Of a DNA stretch of 64,000 nucleotides, positions 40,220 through 50,506 are shown one piece after another (positions within the stretch are counted from its first letter, which is position 1; each line of letters opens with the position of its first letter). The position numbers and the translations under genes were made by a program. The DNA comes from Planctomycetota bacterium (lineage in GTDB: Bacteria; Planctomycetota; JAJSAM01; JAJVHW01), in assembly GCA_965248445.1 (NCBI GenBank), contig CBDFJG010000004.1, positions 1,728,001-1,792,000 on the forward strand. The letters run 5' to 3'. The notes under the pieces were generated by a model. That model was not told the DNA's origin and did not search any database. It was given only the letters and a program-made list of their open reading frames with translations.

Positions 40220-41527
40220 ATGAGCGAGACACTCTTGACCGATGCCCTCCGTGCGGCCGTCGAGCGACGCGCTGCGGACGAGCCCGACTGGATCGCTGCG
40301 GCCCGCAGACGCGCCTTTGCTGCGTACGGCCAGGCATCTCTTCCGGACCGTGTGCAGCACGTCTGGCGCTACACGGACCCCAGGCGCCTGCTGCCCGGAG
40401 ACAGAGTTCCGGAGCGCCCCGAGGCGCAGTTCGGCGACTTGCCGGAGGACTGCAAGGACGGGACGTTCGAGTACCACGCAGGCGTCGCGCTCGCCCTCGA
40501 CGGGCGCGTTCTCCGCGTGGCGCAGGACCCTGAACTGCTCGACAGCGGGATCGCGTTCGGAGACGTGCGCACCCTCGCGGCCGAGTGTCCGGATCGCGTG
40601 CGGCCGCACCTGTTCCGACTGGTGGATCCCGCCGCCGATCTGTTCGAACAGCTCTCCTGCGCGCTGTTCGCAGGTGGCACGTTCCTCGACATCCCGGACG
40701 GCCTGGCGATCGATCGGCCGTTCCACATCGCCCACCGCGTGGGCGGCGACGGCATCGCCGCATCACGATCCGTGGTGACCCTGGGAGAGAATGCCGAGGC
40801 GACGGTCGTGTTCGATCTCGCATCCGGCGAAGACGGCGGGGAGACGCTGCTGCACGAGGGCATCGAGATCCACGTCGGACCGAACTCCCGGCTACGCGTC
40901 GTCTTCGTGCAGGAGCTCGACTCTCGCGCGATCCACGCGCCGGTGATCCGCTGCCGCGTCGATCGCGGCGCACAGCTCGAAACCGTCACCGTGTCCCTCG
41001 GTGGCAGCGTCGTGAAGAGCCGGCAGTCCGTCGAGGTCGCCGGCCGCGGCGCCAGCGTCCGTTCGCTCGGCATCGTCTTCGCGAACCGGCGCCAGCACAT
41101 CGATCACCACACGCTCATGGACCACATCGTCGGCCACGGGTCGAGTGACCTGGACTACCGCACCGTGGTGGCCGACCGCGCCCGCTCGGCCTATACGGGC
41201 AATCTGCGCATCGGTCTCGAGGGCGATCAGTCCAACGCGCATCAGCGCAACCACAACCTGCTCCTCAGCGACCATGCGCGCGCCGACACGATCCCTGAGC
41301 TCGAGATCCTGACTAACGACGTGCAGTGCTCGCACGCCGCAGCCGTCGGTCCGCTGGACGAGGAACTGCTGCACTTCTGTCAGTGTCGCGGGCTCGCGCG
41401 TCCGGACGCGAAGCGCCTCGTGGTGCTCGGGTTCCTCGAGCCAGTCATCTCGCGCGTCCCCGGCGACGCACTCGTCACCCGCGTCCGCGATGCGCTCGCG
41501 CGGCGCCTGGAGGGCGTCCTGCTGTGA
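40220..41527 (+). CDS. sufD: Fe-S cluster assembly protein SufD
   Basis: WRYTD, NLLLS...ADTIPELEI...DVQCSHAA; position in the operon. Confidence 0.94.
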   Translation: MSETLLTDALRAAVERRAADEPDWIAAARRRAFAAYGQASLPDRVQHVWRYTDPRRLLPGDRVPERPEAQFGDLPEDCKDGTFEYHAGVALALDGRVLRVAQDPELLDSGIAFGDVRTLAAECPDRVRPHLFRLVDPAADLFEQLSCALFAGGTFLDIPDGLAIDRPFHIAHRVGGDGIAASRSVVTLGENAEATVVFDLASGEDGGETLLHEGIEIHVGPNSRLRVVFVQELDSRAIHAPVIRCRVDRGAQLETVTVSLGGSVVKSRQSVEVAGRGASVRSLGIVFANRRQHIDHHTLMDHIVGHGSSDLDYRTVVADRARSAYTGNLRIGLEGDQSNAHQRNHNLLLSDHARADTIPELEILTNDVQCSHAAAVGPLDEELLHFCQCRGLARPDAKRLVVLGFLEPVISRVPGDALVTRVRDALARRLEGVLL

Positions 41528-41841
41528 GCCGCCATGTGCTCTGCACGCTGGAGGACCTGCCGCACGGCGCCGTCCGCGTGTTCGAGGTCGGCGGGTTCCG
41601 CGTGGCCGCCGCCCGCGCGGGCGACGCGGTGTTCGCCCTGGAAGACCGCTGCAGCCACGACGACGGCGAGCTGGGCGCGGGGACGCTCCACGAGGACGGC
41701 GAGATCGAATGCCCGCGGCACGGTGGGCGTTTCGACATCCGGAGCGGAAAAGCAACCCAGATGCCCGCGATCGCACCCATCGAGGTGTTCCCCACCGCGA
41801 TCGAAGACGGCGTGATCTACGTCGAGGTGCCCGAGTGGTGA
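41524..41841 (+). CDS. Rieske-type [2Fe-2S] ferredoxin
   Basis: DRCSH...IECPRHG.RFDIRSG motifs; GTGA overlaps at both ends. Confidence 0.93.
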   Translation: MSRHVLCTLEDLPHGAVRVFEVGGFRVAAARAGDAVFALEDRCSHDDGELGAGTLHEDGEIECPRHGGRFDIRSGKATQMPAIAPIEVFPTAIEDGVIYVEVPEW

Positions 41842-43088
41842 ACGAGACGTCCACCGCCCGGTCGCCGCTCGACGTCGCACGCATCCGCGCCGATTTCGCG
41901 ATCCTGGACCAGGAGATCCACGGGCACCCGCTCGCCTACCTCGACAACGCCGCGACCTCACAGCGACCGCGGCAGGTGATCGACGCGCTGGTCCGGTACT
42001 ACGAGACGTCGAATTCGAACGTCCATCGCTCCGTGCACACGCTCGCCGCGCGGGCGACGGAGCAGTACGAGGCCGCCCGTGTGCGCGTTGCGCGCTTCGT
42101 AAACGCTGCGTCCGACGAGTCCGTCATCTGGGTCCGCGGCACGACCGAAGCCGTCAACCTCGTCGCCCACGGCTGGGGCCGCAAGCACGTCGCCGCAGGC
42201 GACACGATCCTGCTGACCGAGATGGAGCACCACAGCAACCTCGTGCCGTGGCAGCTCCTGGCACAGCAGGTCGGCGCGAAGCTCGCGTTCGTCCCCGTCA
42301 CCGAGGACGGCCGGCTGGACATCGGCGTTGCGCACACCCTGCTCGCCGAGCGGCCCGCGATCTTCGCGTTCACGGGTAAGTCGAACGTCCTGGGTACCGC
42401 CAATCCCGTGCGTGAGCTGTGCGACGTCGCGCGCGAGCATGGCGTCACAACGCTCGTCGACGGTGCACAACTCGCGCCCCACGGCAACGTGGATGTCCAG
42501 GCGCTCGGCTGCGACTTCTTCGCGTTCTCCGCGCACAAGATGTGCGGCCCCATGGGCGTCGGCGCGCTGGTCGGCCGCCCCGAAGTTCTCGCCGACATGG
42601 ACCCGTTCATGGGCGGCGGCGACATGATCATGCGCGTGAAGCTGGAGAAGAGCAGCTACAAGGACGCGCCGCTGCGCTTCGAGGCGGGGACGCCGTCCGT
42701 CGCCGACGCGATCGCGTTCGCTGCAGCGCTCGACTACCTGGAGTCCGTCGGCCTCGACGCCGTCCACGCGCACGAGACGCGCTTGACGCGCCTCGCACTC
42801 GACCTCCTCGCCGAGCGCGGGATACTGACGCACGGACCGGACGACGCCGCACTGCGGGCCGGCATCGTCTCGTTCGTCGTGCCGAACGTTCACCCGCACG
42901 ACGTCTCCCAGCTGCTCGACCAGCGGGGCGTCGCGGTGCGCGCCGGACACCACTGCTGCCAGCCTCTGATGCGGAAGCTGGGAGTCGTGGCGACCGCCCG
43001 CGCGAGCTTCTACCTCTACAACACCGAGGACGAGGTGCGCCGTCTCGCCACGGGACTGGGCGACGTCATGGGGTTCTTCGCGCGGTGA
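41838..43088 (+). CDS. sufS: Cysteine desulfurase SufS
   Basis: YLDNAATSQRP, EHHSNLVPWQ, SAHKMCGP, RAGHHC. Confidence 0.96.
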   Translation: MNETSTARSPLDVARIRADFAILDQEIHGHPLAYLDNAATSQRPRQVIDALVRYYETSNSNVHRSVHTLAARATEQYEAARVRVARFVNAASDESVIWVRGTTEAVNLVAHGWGRKHVAAGDTILLTEMEHHSNLVPWQLLAQQVGAKLAFVPVTEDGRLDIGVAHTLLAERPAIFAFTGKSNVLGTANPVRELCDVAREHGVTTLVDGAQLAPHGNVDVQALGCDFFAFSAHKMCGPMGVGALVGRPEVLADMDPFMGGGDMIMRVKLEKSSYKDAPLRFEAGTPSVADAIAFAAALDYLESVGLDAVHAHETRLTRLALDLLAERGILTHGPDDAALRAGIVSFVVPNVHPHDVSQLLDQRGVAVRAGHHCCQPLMRKLGVVATARASFYLYNTEDEVRRLATGLGDVMGFFAR

Positions 43089-43585
43089 GCACGTTCGATC
43101 CGGCCACCGCCCCCGAACCTCAGGACTCGCTCTATCGCGAAGTCGTGCTCGACCACAACTTCGCGCCGCACGGCCAGGAGCCGATCGAGAACGCGGACGT
43201 GCACGGCGAGGGCATCAACCCGCTCTGCGGCGACGAGCTCGACCTCGCGCTGCGGCTGAGTCCGGACGGCCGGATCGAGGCCTTGCAGGTGGACGGTCGC
43301 GGCTGCGCGATCTCTGTCGCCTCGGGCTCGATCCTGCACGACATCGTCGCGGGCGGGACCCGCGAGGACGCCCGTCGCGCGATCGCCGCCGTGCTCGAGA
43401 CGATGCACGGCGCGCCCCTCCCGACGGAGCCGGACCTCGGCGACTTCGATGCTCTCGAGGGCGTCAAGTCGTTCCCGGTGCGCATCAAGTGCGCGCTGCT
43501 CCCGTGGACCACACTCGAGGAAGCACTGAACGACGCGGACAAGGTGCTCACCCAGCGCACCGCCCTGAACGGAGAAGAACGATGA
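43085..43585 (+). CDS. sufU: SufU (NifU-family) sulfur transfer protein
   Basis: NPLCGD, GCAISVAS, RIKCALLPW. Confidence 0.93.
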   Translation: MSTFDPATAPEPQDSLYREVVLDHNFAPHGQEPIENADVHGEGINPLCGDELDLALRLSPDGRIEALQVDGRGCAISVASGSILHDIVAGGTREDARRAIAAVLETMHGAPLPTEPDLGDFDALEGVKSFPVRIKCALLPWTTLEEALNDADKVLTQRTALNGEER

Positions 43586-43992
43586 GCGACCCCACTGACG
43601 CGACCCCCGGCGGCTACCCCGGCTACGGCCAGATGGACATGACCGTCCACGAGGGCGGAGCGCTCGAACTCGCAGAGGGCGAGAAGGTCACACCCGACTT
43701 CATCCTGCGCTCGCTCGAGCCGGTCAAGGACCCGGAGATCCACCTGTCCATCGTCGCGCTCGGTCTCATCTACGGAGTCGACATCGCCGAGGACGGCAAG
43801 AAGGTCACCGTGCGGATGACGCTGACAGGTCCCGGCTGCCCCGTCGGCCCGCAGATCATGGCCGCGGTGCACGCGACCGTCGCGAAGCAGCCGGGTGTCG
43901 AGATCCCTGACATCCAGCTCGTCTGGGATCCGCCGTGGAACCCGGTCGTGCATGCGAGCGACGAGGCCAAGGACGTCCTGGGAATCTGGTGA
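43582..43992 (+). CDS. sufT: SufT/DUF59 metal-sulfur cluster biosynthesis protein
   Basis: DPEIHLSIVALGLIY, MTLTGPGCP, VWDPPW. Confidence 0.9.
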   Translation: MSDPTDATPGGYPGYGQMDMTVHEGGALELAEGEKVTPDFILRSLEPVKDPEIHLSIVALGLIYGVDIAEDGKKVTVRMTLTGPGCPVGPQIMAAVHATVAKQPGVEIPDIQLVWDPPWNPVVHASDEAKDVLGIW

Positions 43993-43996
43993 ACCG

Positions 43997-44470
43997 ATGA
44001 AGATCTCAGCACGCGAAGAGTACGGACTGCGCTGCCTCGTCCAGCTGGCGCGGGAGCACGCCGAACCCGGTGCCGGCGTGAAGCTGTCCGCGCGAGAGAT
44101 CTCCGAACGCGAGGGTCTCTCGAGCGAGTACGCGGCGCAGATTCTCTCGGCTCTGCGGCGCGCGGGGCTGGTGGAGTCGCAGCGCGGCGTCAACGGTGGA
44201 TTCCGGCTCACGAAGCCCGCTGCCGAGATGACGGTCGGCGAGATGTTCCACGCGTTCGAGGGGCCGTTCGCGGACTCGATCTGTGACTCGTACACCGGCC
44301 AGCTCGAAATCTGCGCAAACGCCGGGAACTGCGACGTGGCTCCGGTGTGGAAGGAGTTGTCCACCCGGATCTACGGGTTCCTGGACTCGATCTCCATCGC
44401 CGATGTGGCCGCCGGCGCGTTGCGCAACGAACCGCAGATCGTGCCGCTGACGTCGCTCAAGCGGCGCTGA
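43997..44470 (+). CDS. Rrf2-family transcriptional regulator with three Cys
   Basis: YGLRCL...GLVESQRGVNGGFRL, C-x9-C-x5-C cluster ligands. Confidence 0.93.
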   Translation: MKISAREEYGLRCLVQLAREHAEPGAGVKLSAREISEREGLSSEYAAQILSALRRAGLVESQRGVNGGFRLTKPAAEMTVGEMFHAFEGPFADSICDSYTGQLEICANAGNCDVAPVWKELSTRIYGFLDSISIADVAAGALRNEPQIVPLTSLKRR

Positions 44471-44479
44471 CCGCGCCGG

Positions 44480-45022
44480 TCACTCGGGCTTCTCGCAGGT
44501 CGTCTTGACCTCGAGCAAGATGCCCTGGAACGCCTTCTCCAACTGCGAGCTGAGCGCCATGCCGAACCAGGGCCCGGCGACCGGGATCCCGAGCTCACCC
44601 TTGTCGGTCCACGTCACCAGTGTCCCGCCTTCGACGGCCTTGTAGGTGATCGAGCCGTGGTCGTTGACCTCGTCCTTCTCGATCGCGCCCTCGTACTCAA
44701 TGCCGGTCGCGGCATCGGATTCGGTGATCCAGATCTGAACCCTCGAGTCGTCTGTCTTCGAGATCCACCACGCGCCCTTGCCGGACTCGACGGACCCGAA
44801 GTCGTACTCGAAGGAGCCGGTGTAGCCCTGGGACTTCGCGCTCTTCTCCGCGTGCTTCACGAAGTTGCGTGGCGTCGCGATCTCCTGATGGACGCGCTCC
44901 GGCGTGGCGTTGACGACGATCGAGGCCTCTACCTTCCAGTGATCCGGGAGGATCAGGCCGCCGACCACGCAGATCACGAAGAGGGCCGCGAGCACGATCC
45001 CGAGGAACTTCACGACCTTCAT
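44480..45022 (-). CDS. SRPBCC (polyketide cyclase 2) family protein
   Basis: N-terminal TM, VEASIVVNATPERV, GTLVTW, C-terminal helix. Confidence 0.8.
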   Translation of the reverse strand: MKVVKFLGIVLAALFVICVVGGLILPDHWKVEASIVVNATPERVHQEIATPRNFVKHAEKSAKSQGYTGSFEYDFGSVESGKGAWWISKTDDSRVQIWITESDAATGIEYEGAIEKDEVNDHGSITYKAVEGGTLVTWTDKGELGIPVAGPWFGMALSSQLEKAFQGILLEVKTTCEKPE

Positions 45023-45070
45023 GCAGAGCTTCCACCTTCCCGAACGGCGCAGCGTATCCGTCGCGCGCCG

Positions 45071-46201
45071 TCAGGTCTCGCTTCGCTCGGGTGTGGCGGG
45101 GGCACCGGCCGCCGCGGCGGCGGCGGCCGCGGCAACGCCTGATTTCGGCCGCCCCGCCTCGTCGCCACCCGCCGGTCCCAGCAGGACTGCGATCCAGCGG
45201 AGGTCCTCGCTGTGCTCGAGGAAGATCTTCACGATCATCGTCAACGGAACGGACAGGAGCATCCCGATCGGTCCCCACACCCAGCCCCAGAACACGAGGG
45301 AGAGCCAGACGACGAGACTCGACAGTCCCAGCTTACGCCCCATCATCTTCGGCTCGATGACGTTGCCCATGACGGTGTTGATCACGAAGTAGCCGATCGT
45401 GACGGCGAGCGCGCGCTGCCACCCCCACTCGATGTAGGCAAGCAAGACGGCAGGAATCGCCGCGATCATCGAACCGATCGTCGGCACGAAGTTCAGCACG
45501 AACGCGGCCAGACCCCACAACACCGCGTACCGCACATCGGCCACCGAGACGAGCAGCGACGCCAGGGCACCTGTCGCGAGGCTGACGTACGCCTTGATGC
45601 GAATGTACTCACGCACGGACCCCACGACCCCTGCGTACCGTTCGGCCACGCCCCCGGTGCCGATCGCCGCCGCACGCAGCTTGCGCGGGAAGCCGGCAGC
45701 TTCGCCCAGAATGAACACGACGGTCAGCAACACGAAGAACGTGTTCGAGAGGAGATCTGCAAGCGCTCCGGCCGTCTTGGCGACCGCATCGAGAAAGCGC
45801 TCCACGTCGACCAACTCCTGCGCGTCCTTCACGTACGTCTTGAGCGCCGGCGGTGCGAGTTCGAGCAGCTCCGTCTTGCGTTTCTCGACTCCCGTGTTGA
45901 GAGACGAATCCGTGTCGGCGAGTTCGGCGCGGAAGTCGGCCACCGCGTCGCCGACCAGGAGCGAGAGCCCCACGATGGCCACGAGCACGGCCATGAACAC
46001 GATCGCCACCGACGCCCACTCCGGCACGGACCAGCTCTTCAGGCGATTGACCGCGGGAATGCAGAGCACCGCGATCATCGCCGACGCCAGCACCGGCACG
46101 ACGATCGAGCCCGAGGCTTTGAGGCCGGCGATCACGATCACGAGCGACGCGATCAGGATCAGCGTTCGGCGCCCTGCGTCCTGACGGTCCCCCTCCGGCA
46201 T
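45071..46201 (-). CDS. AI-2E family transporter
   Basis: LNFVPTIG, NVIEPKMMG, WGWVWGPIGMLLSVPLT. Confidence 0.93.
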   Translation of the reverse strand: MPEGDRQDAGRRTLILIASLVIVIAGLKASGSIVVPVLASAMIAVLCIPAVNRLKSWSVPEWASVAIVFMAVLVAIVGLSLLVGDAVADFRAELADTDSSLNTGVEKRKTELLELAPPALKTYVKDAQELVDVERFLDAVAKTAGALADLLSNTFFVLLTVVFILGEAAGFPRKLRAAAIGTGGVAERYAGVVGSVREYIRIKAYVSLATGALASLLVSVADVRYAVLWGLAAFVLNFVPTIGSMIAAIPAVLLAYIEWGWQRALAVTIGYFVINTVMGNVIEPKMMGRKLGLSSLVVWLSLVFWGWVWGPIGMLLSVPLTMIVKIFLEHSEDLRWIAVLLGPAGGDEAGRPKSGVAAAAAAAAAGAPATPERSET

Positions 46202-46242
46202 CGCGCGAGTCTACCTGCGAGGGCTCCCGGTAGAGTCCGTTC

Positions 46243-47118
46243 GTGCCCGAGTATCCGGACGTGACGGTCTACGTAGAGCGGTTGCAGGCGTTCCTCGTCG
46301 ATCGCGTGGTGACCGGCCTGCGACTGCAGAGCCCGTCCCTGGTCAAGACGTTCGACCCGCCCGTGCGCTCGATCATCGGGAAACGGATCACCGGCGTCCG
46401 CCGCATCGGCAAACGCATCGTCCTGGAACTGCCGGACGAGCTGTTCGTCGTCCTACACCTCATGATCGCCGGCCGCCTGAAGTGGCGGCCACCCGGCGCG
46501 AAGCTCGTGCGAAAGCGGATGCACGGTGCGATCGACTTCGAGCACGGCACGGTTCTCCTGACCGAAGCCAGCACGAAGAAGCGCATGTCGCTGCACGTAG
46601 TGCGAAGCGAGGACGAACTCGCCGCCTTCGATCCCGGAGGCCTCGACGTCTTCTCTGCGACGACCGTCGAGTTCGCCGACCGACTCCGCCGCGAGAGTCA
46701 CACTCTGAAGCGCGCACTCACGGATCCCCGCACGCTGGACGCAATCGGCAACGCCTACAGCGACGAGATTCTGCACCGAGCGCGACTCTCGCCGCTCCAG
46801 CGGACGGTCAACCTTGACGACGAACACGTGGCGAGTCTGCACGCCGCCTGCCGCGACGTCCTCACGGAGTGGGCGGAGCGCAGCCGTCGCGAAGTAGGAG
46901 ACGGGTTCCCCGAGAAGGTGACTGCGTTTCGTCCGGAGATGGCGGTGCACGGAAAGAACGGCGAGCCGTGCCCGGTCTGCACGACTGCTGTCGCGCGCGT
47001 CATTCTCGCGGAGCGCGAGTGGAACTACTGTCCGGGCTGCCAGACGGGTGGCCGCCTGCTCAAGGACCGCGTCCTGTCGCGTCTCCTCAAGGAAGACTGG
47101 CCCGCACGAGCGGATTAG
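46243..47118 (+). CDS. Fpg/Nei family DNA glycosylase
   Basis: N-terminal PE, RRIGK, HLMIAG, IGNAYSDEILH (H2TH), zinc finger CPVC...CPGCQ. Confidence 0.93.
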   Translation: MPEYPDVTVYVERLQAFLVDRVVTGLRLQSPSLVKTFDPPVRSIIGKRITGVRRIGKRIVLELPDELFVVLHLMIAGRLKWRPPGAKLVRKRMHGAIDFEHGTVLLTEASTKKRMSLHVVRSEDELAAFDPGGLDVFSATTVEFADRLRRESHTLKRALTDPRTLDAIGNAYSDEILHRARLSPLQRTVNLDDEHVASLHAACRDVLTEWAERSRREVGDGFPEKVTAFRPEMAVHGKNGEPCPVCTTAVARVILAEREWNYCPGCQTGGRLLKDRVLSRLLKEDWPARAD

Positions 47119-47138
47119 CGGATACGGTCGCGCGCGCG

Positions 47139-48155
47139 ATGAGCAAGGCGGGGCAGGTAAGGGAGGACCGGTCGTTGCCGCGGCGTATCGAGTACGCCGC
47201 CGCGCGCGTCGTCGTCGCCGTCGTACACCTGCTTCCGGAGCGCGCCGCGTACTTCCTCGCGGAGTTGCTGGTGCTCCTGATCGTGTGCTTCGCGCGGCAG
47301 TTCCGGCGCCGTGCGGTCGAACACCTCGAGATCGCATTCGGTGATGACTACGACCTCGCGTGGCGACAGCGCACGGCATCCGAGTCGCTGCGGCAGTTGG
47401 CGTGGTACTTCATCGACATCCTGACGGCGGCCAAGAAGCTCCGCACGCCCGAGGGACTCGCGCACGTCGATCTCTCAGAGCTCGAGGAGTCGTTCAAGCG
47501 CGACGGTGTCACGGAGACGACCGGTGCTCTGATCGTGTCCGGCCACATGGGCGTGCCGGAGGTCGCCTCGCTTGCGATGGCGATGGCCGGGTGGCCGAAC
47601 TCCGTGATCGTGCGCAAGCTCGATAACCCGTTCTTGTGGGACTGGATCCACCGTCAACGGGAGGGCATTCCCCGCGTCATGATGACGAAGCACGGCGCAC
47701 TGCGCGGCGCCTACAAGGTGTTGCGCAAGAAGGGGCTCGTGGGGATCCAGATCGATCAGGACGCGCGGCGCAAAGGCGTGTTCGTGCCGTACTTCGGCCG
47801 GGCCGCCAGCACTCACGGCGGCGCGGCGACACTCGCGCTGACGTCCAAGGCGCCCGTATACATCGTGAACGGCTTCCGCACGGGGCGCCGGCGGTTCCGA
47901 TACCGCGTGCACTGTCAGGGTCCGCTCGACTTCACTCCCTCGGGTGACCACGATGCCGACGTCAAGGAGCTCACCACGCTGATGACCGCGGCGCTCGAGC
48001 ACGACGTGCGGCGCTACCCCGAGCACAACATGTGGGCGCACCGCCGCTGGAAGACCCGCCCCCCGTGGACCGTCAAGGGAAAGGAGCAGCTGGCGCGCAG
48101 GGCGAACCAGGTCGAGCGCCAGCGCACACCGGACGCCGCCGCGGAGGCCGGCTGA
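47139..48155 (+). CDS. Lipid A/lysophospholipid acyltransferase (LpxL/HtrB-like)
   Basis: SGHMGVPE (HxxxxE), IDQDA...VFVPYFG, YPEHNMWAHRRWKTRP. Confidence 0.9.
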   Translation: MSKAGQVREDRSLPRRIEYAAARVVVAVVHLLPERAAYFLAELLVLLIVCFARQFRRRAVEHLEIAFGDDYDLAWRQRTASESLRQLAWYFIDILTAAKKLRTPEGLAHVDLSELEESFKRDGVTETTGALIVSGHMGVPEVASLAMAMAGWPNSVIVRKLDNPFLWDWIHRQREGIPRVMMTKHGALRGAYKVLRKKGLVGIQIDQDARRKGVFVPYFGRAASTHGGAATLALTSKAPVYIVNGFRTGRRRFRYRVHCQGPLDFTPSGDHDADVKELTTLMTAALEHDVRRYPEHNMWAHRRWKTRPPWTVKGKEQLARRANQVERQRTPDAAAEAG

Positions 48156-48226
48156 GACGCTCTGCGGTATCGTCTGGACACGGCCCGTCCCGATTCCCCG
48201 TTCGGCGCCGTCTCATTCCCTGAGCG

Positions 48227-50506
48227 ATGTCAGCACGCCCCGACGCCATCGACCCCGCCCGCTTCGAGGAGTTGTTCGCGCACCGCGAGTGGGTGCGGCG
48301 CCTGGCGCGCACGCTGGTCGGGGATCACGCCTCAGCCGACGACGTGGAGCAGGAGGTGTGGGTCCGGGCACTGCGCGCTCCGCCCCGGGCGCTGAGATCT
48401 GCGCGTGCATGGCTGGGCACGGTCGCACGCAACGCGGCCCACGACAGCCGGCGTTCCACGAGCCGGCGGGCGGCGCGCGAGGCAAGAACCCGCGTCCGGC
48501 AGACCAGTTCATCGGCCTACGACGTCGTGTCACGCGCCGAGACGCACCGCGACCTCGTCAACCGCGTGCTCGCGCTGCCACAGCCGTACCGTTCGGTGGT
48601 CCTCCTGCGGTTCTACGACGGCCTCCCGCCGCGGGAGATCGGAGCGCGCACCGACACGACTGGGGAGACCGCGCGAAAGCGCGTCCAGCGCGGAGTCGCC
48701 ATGTTGCGCGACGGCTTCAGTGACGATCTCCACGTCCTGCTGCTCCCGCTCCTGGCGGGAGCGTCCAAACTCGCGAAAGGGGCCGCTGTGGGTACCAAGT
48801 CGAAGTCCAGCATCGCGCTCGTGCTTCTTCTCCTGCTCGGTCTGACCGTCGGGGCAGGCTGGATGGTGATGTCCAGCGCCGGAGGTGCAGGCAACGACCC
48901 GGACGTCGCCGCACTCGGAGCCAGTGGCGACGCGGTGGGAACCACGCGCAAGGGCGAGTACGGAGACGACGCAGCGGTCGACGACAGCGCCGAGGACCGA
49001 CCGGGAGCAGCCGGCGGCGGCAGCGCATCCACCGAAAACGCCCGCGCGCGCGAGCGGGTGGAAATCGGCGAGACCGCCGCCGCAGAAGCTGCGGACGAGG
49101 ACGCCGAGGATGCCGCCAAGCGGCGTGTCCGCGGCGCCCTCGTGTTCGCGGACGGGAGCGGACCCGTCGCCGGCGCCGTCGTCTATCTGCGCCCGTCGAC
49201 CGGATCGATGGTCGCCGTGCGCCGCGTCGTATCCGACGCAACCGGTGGGTTCTCGTTCGATGACCTGGACGAGGACGCCTACCGCCTTCAGGTGGGGGAT
49301 CGGATGGCCGTGGACAACCCGCCTGTCGAGTTCGTCCCCCACGACGTGTCGCGCGTGCGCGTGGGCACCGAGCCACTCGCCATCGACATCGAGCGGGGCC
49401 TGACCATCGAGGGCGTGCTGCTCGACTCGGCCGGTCAACTGATCACCGAGAAGGTCGTGGTGCGTCTGGACGGTCCCAAGGGGAGCGGGCTCACGCAGGG
49501 GGAGTCACTGCGCATGCTGCGCATCGTGAACGGGCATCTGCGCGTGCCGGGTCTGCGGCCGGGCAACTACGACATGAGCTTCCGTGCGGAGTACCCGGCA
49601 CTGGGAGAAGCGGCGCCGAGCGTGGGTTCCACCGTCATGGAGGACGTGGCAGCGGGCACGACCGACCTGACCGTCCGATTCGGTCCGGTTGGGAGGATCT
49701 CGGGCCGGCTGGTCGATCGCACGGGGAGCCCGATCGTGGCGAAGGGCGGCTGGCTCATGGCCACGCCCGCCGGGGGAGAGTCGGGATCGCTCGGCTCCGT
49801 CTGGATGACGTTCGCGGAGGATGGCACGTTCACCTCGCTGCCGCTCGACGGGAACCGCACGTACGACCTCATCGCCGGAAACTTCGAGGGGTTCGACGGG
49901 GGACGTACCAACACGGTCGTTCCCGGAGCCACCGACGTCCTCGTACGGCTGCGCCGCTCCGGCCGGATCACCGGACGCATCGTCCGCGCAGACGGCAAGA
50001 CCGTGCCCATCGGCCTGTACGTGCTCGCGCAGGCGACGGACGCTCCCTCCGGCCGGCCGGAGGGGAGTTTCTCGTTCGCGTACTCACAGGCCGACGGCTC
50101 GTTCGCGCTGGAGGGACTCGGCGAGTTCACGTTCCGGGTCGTGGCAGGCGGAGGTACGAGCGACCTCGCACTCGTCGAGGCATTGAACGGCATCCAGCCC
50201 GGCGCGACGGACGTCATCGTGCGCGTCCGCCCCGGCGAAACGGTGACCGGCCGGCTCGTGAACGCGGAGGGCGGCGCGGTGAGGACCTCACGGCTCAGCG
50301 CGTTGCGCGACGACCCGGTGCAGCCGACGCCCTCGGTGACGGTGGACTCCGCGGACGGTGACTTCGAGTTCCGCTCGCTGCGCCCCGGCCACTACCGGTT
50401 CTTCGCGCTGATCGGCGAGGAGAGCGTGCTGGTCGGCGACGCCGTTGCGCCGGCGACGGACGTCGTGCTCCGCCTGCCCGGCGGGAAGCGCGTCTCAGCG
50501 CGCTGA
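48227..50506 (+). CDS. ECF sigma factor with TM helix and extracytoplasmic carboxypeptidase-regulatory-like repeats
   Basis: ADDVEQE, AWLGTVARN (region 2), LPQPYRSVVLLRFYDG (region 4), TM, then repeated I.G.(L/V)...G beta-sandwich units. Confidence 0.88.
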   Translation: MSARPDAIDPARFEELFAHREWVRRLARTLVGDHASADDVEQEVWVRALRAPPRALRSARAWLGTVARNAAHDSRRSTSRRAAREARTRVRQTSSSAYDVVSRAETHRDLVNRVLALPQPYRSVVLLRFYDGLPPREIGARTDTTGETARKRVQRGVAMLRDGFSDDLHVLLLPLLAGASKLAKGAAVGTKSKSSIALVLLLLLGLTVGAGWMVMSSAGGAGNDPDVAALGASGDAVGTTRKGEYGDDAAVDDSAEDRPGAAGGGSASTENARARERVEIGETAAAEAADEDAEDAAKRRVRGALVFADGSGPVAGAVVYLRPSTGSMVAVRRVVSDATGGFSFDDLDEDAYRLQVGDRMAVDNPPVEFVPHDVSRVRVGTEPLAIDIERGLTIEGVLLDSAGQLITEKVVVRLDGPKGSGLTQGESLRMLRIVNGHLRVPGLRPGNYDMSFRAEYPALGEAAPSVGSTVMEDVAAGTTDLTVRFGPVGRISGRLVDRTGSPIVAKGGWLMATPAGGESGSLGSVWMTFAEDGTFTSLPLDGNRTYDLIAGNFEGFDGGRTNTVVPGATDVLVRLRRSGRITGRIVRADGKTVPIGLYVLAQATDAPSGRPEGSFSFAYSQADGSFALEGLGEFTFRVVAGGGTSDLALVEALNGIQPGATDVIVRVRPGETVTGRLVNAEGGAVRTSRLSALRDDPVQPTPSVTVDSADGDFEFRSLRPGHYRFFALIGEESVLVGDAVAPATDVVLRLPGGKRVSAR

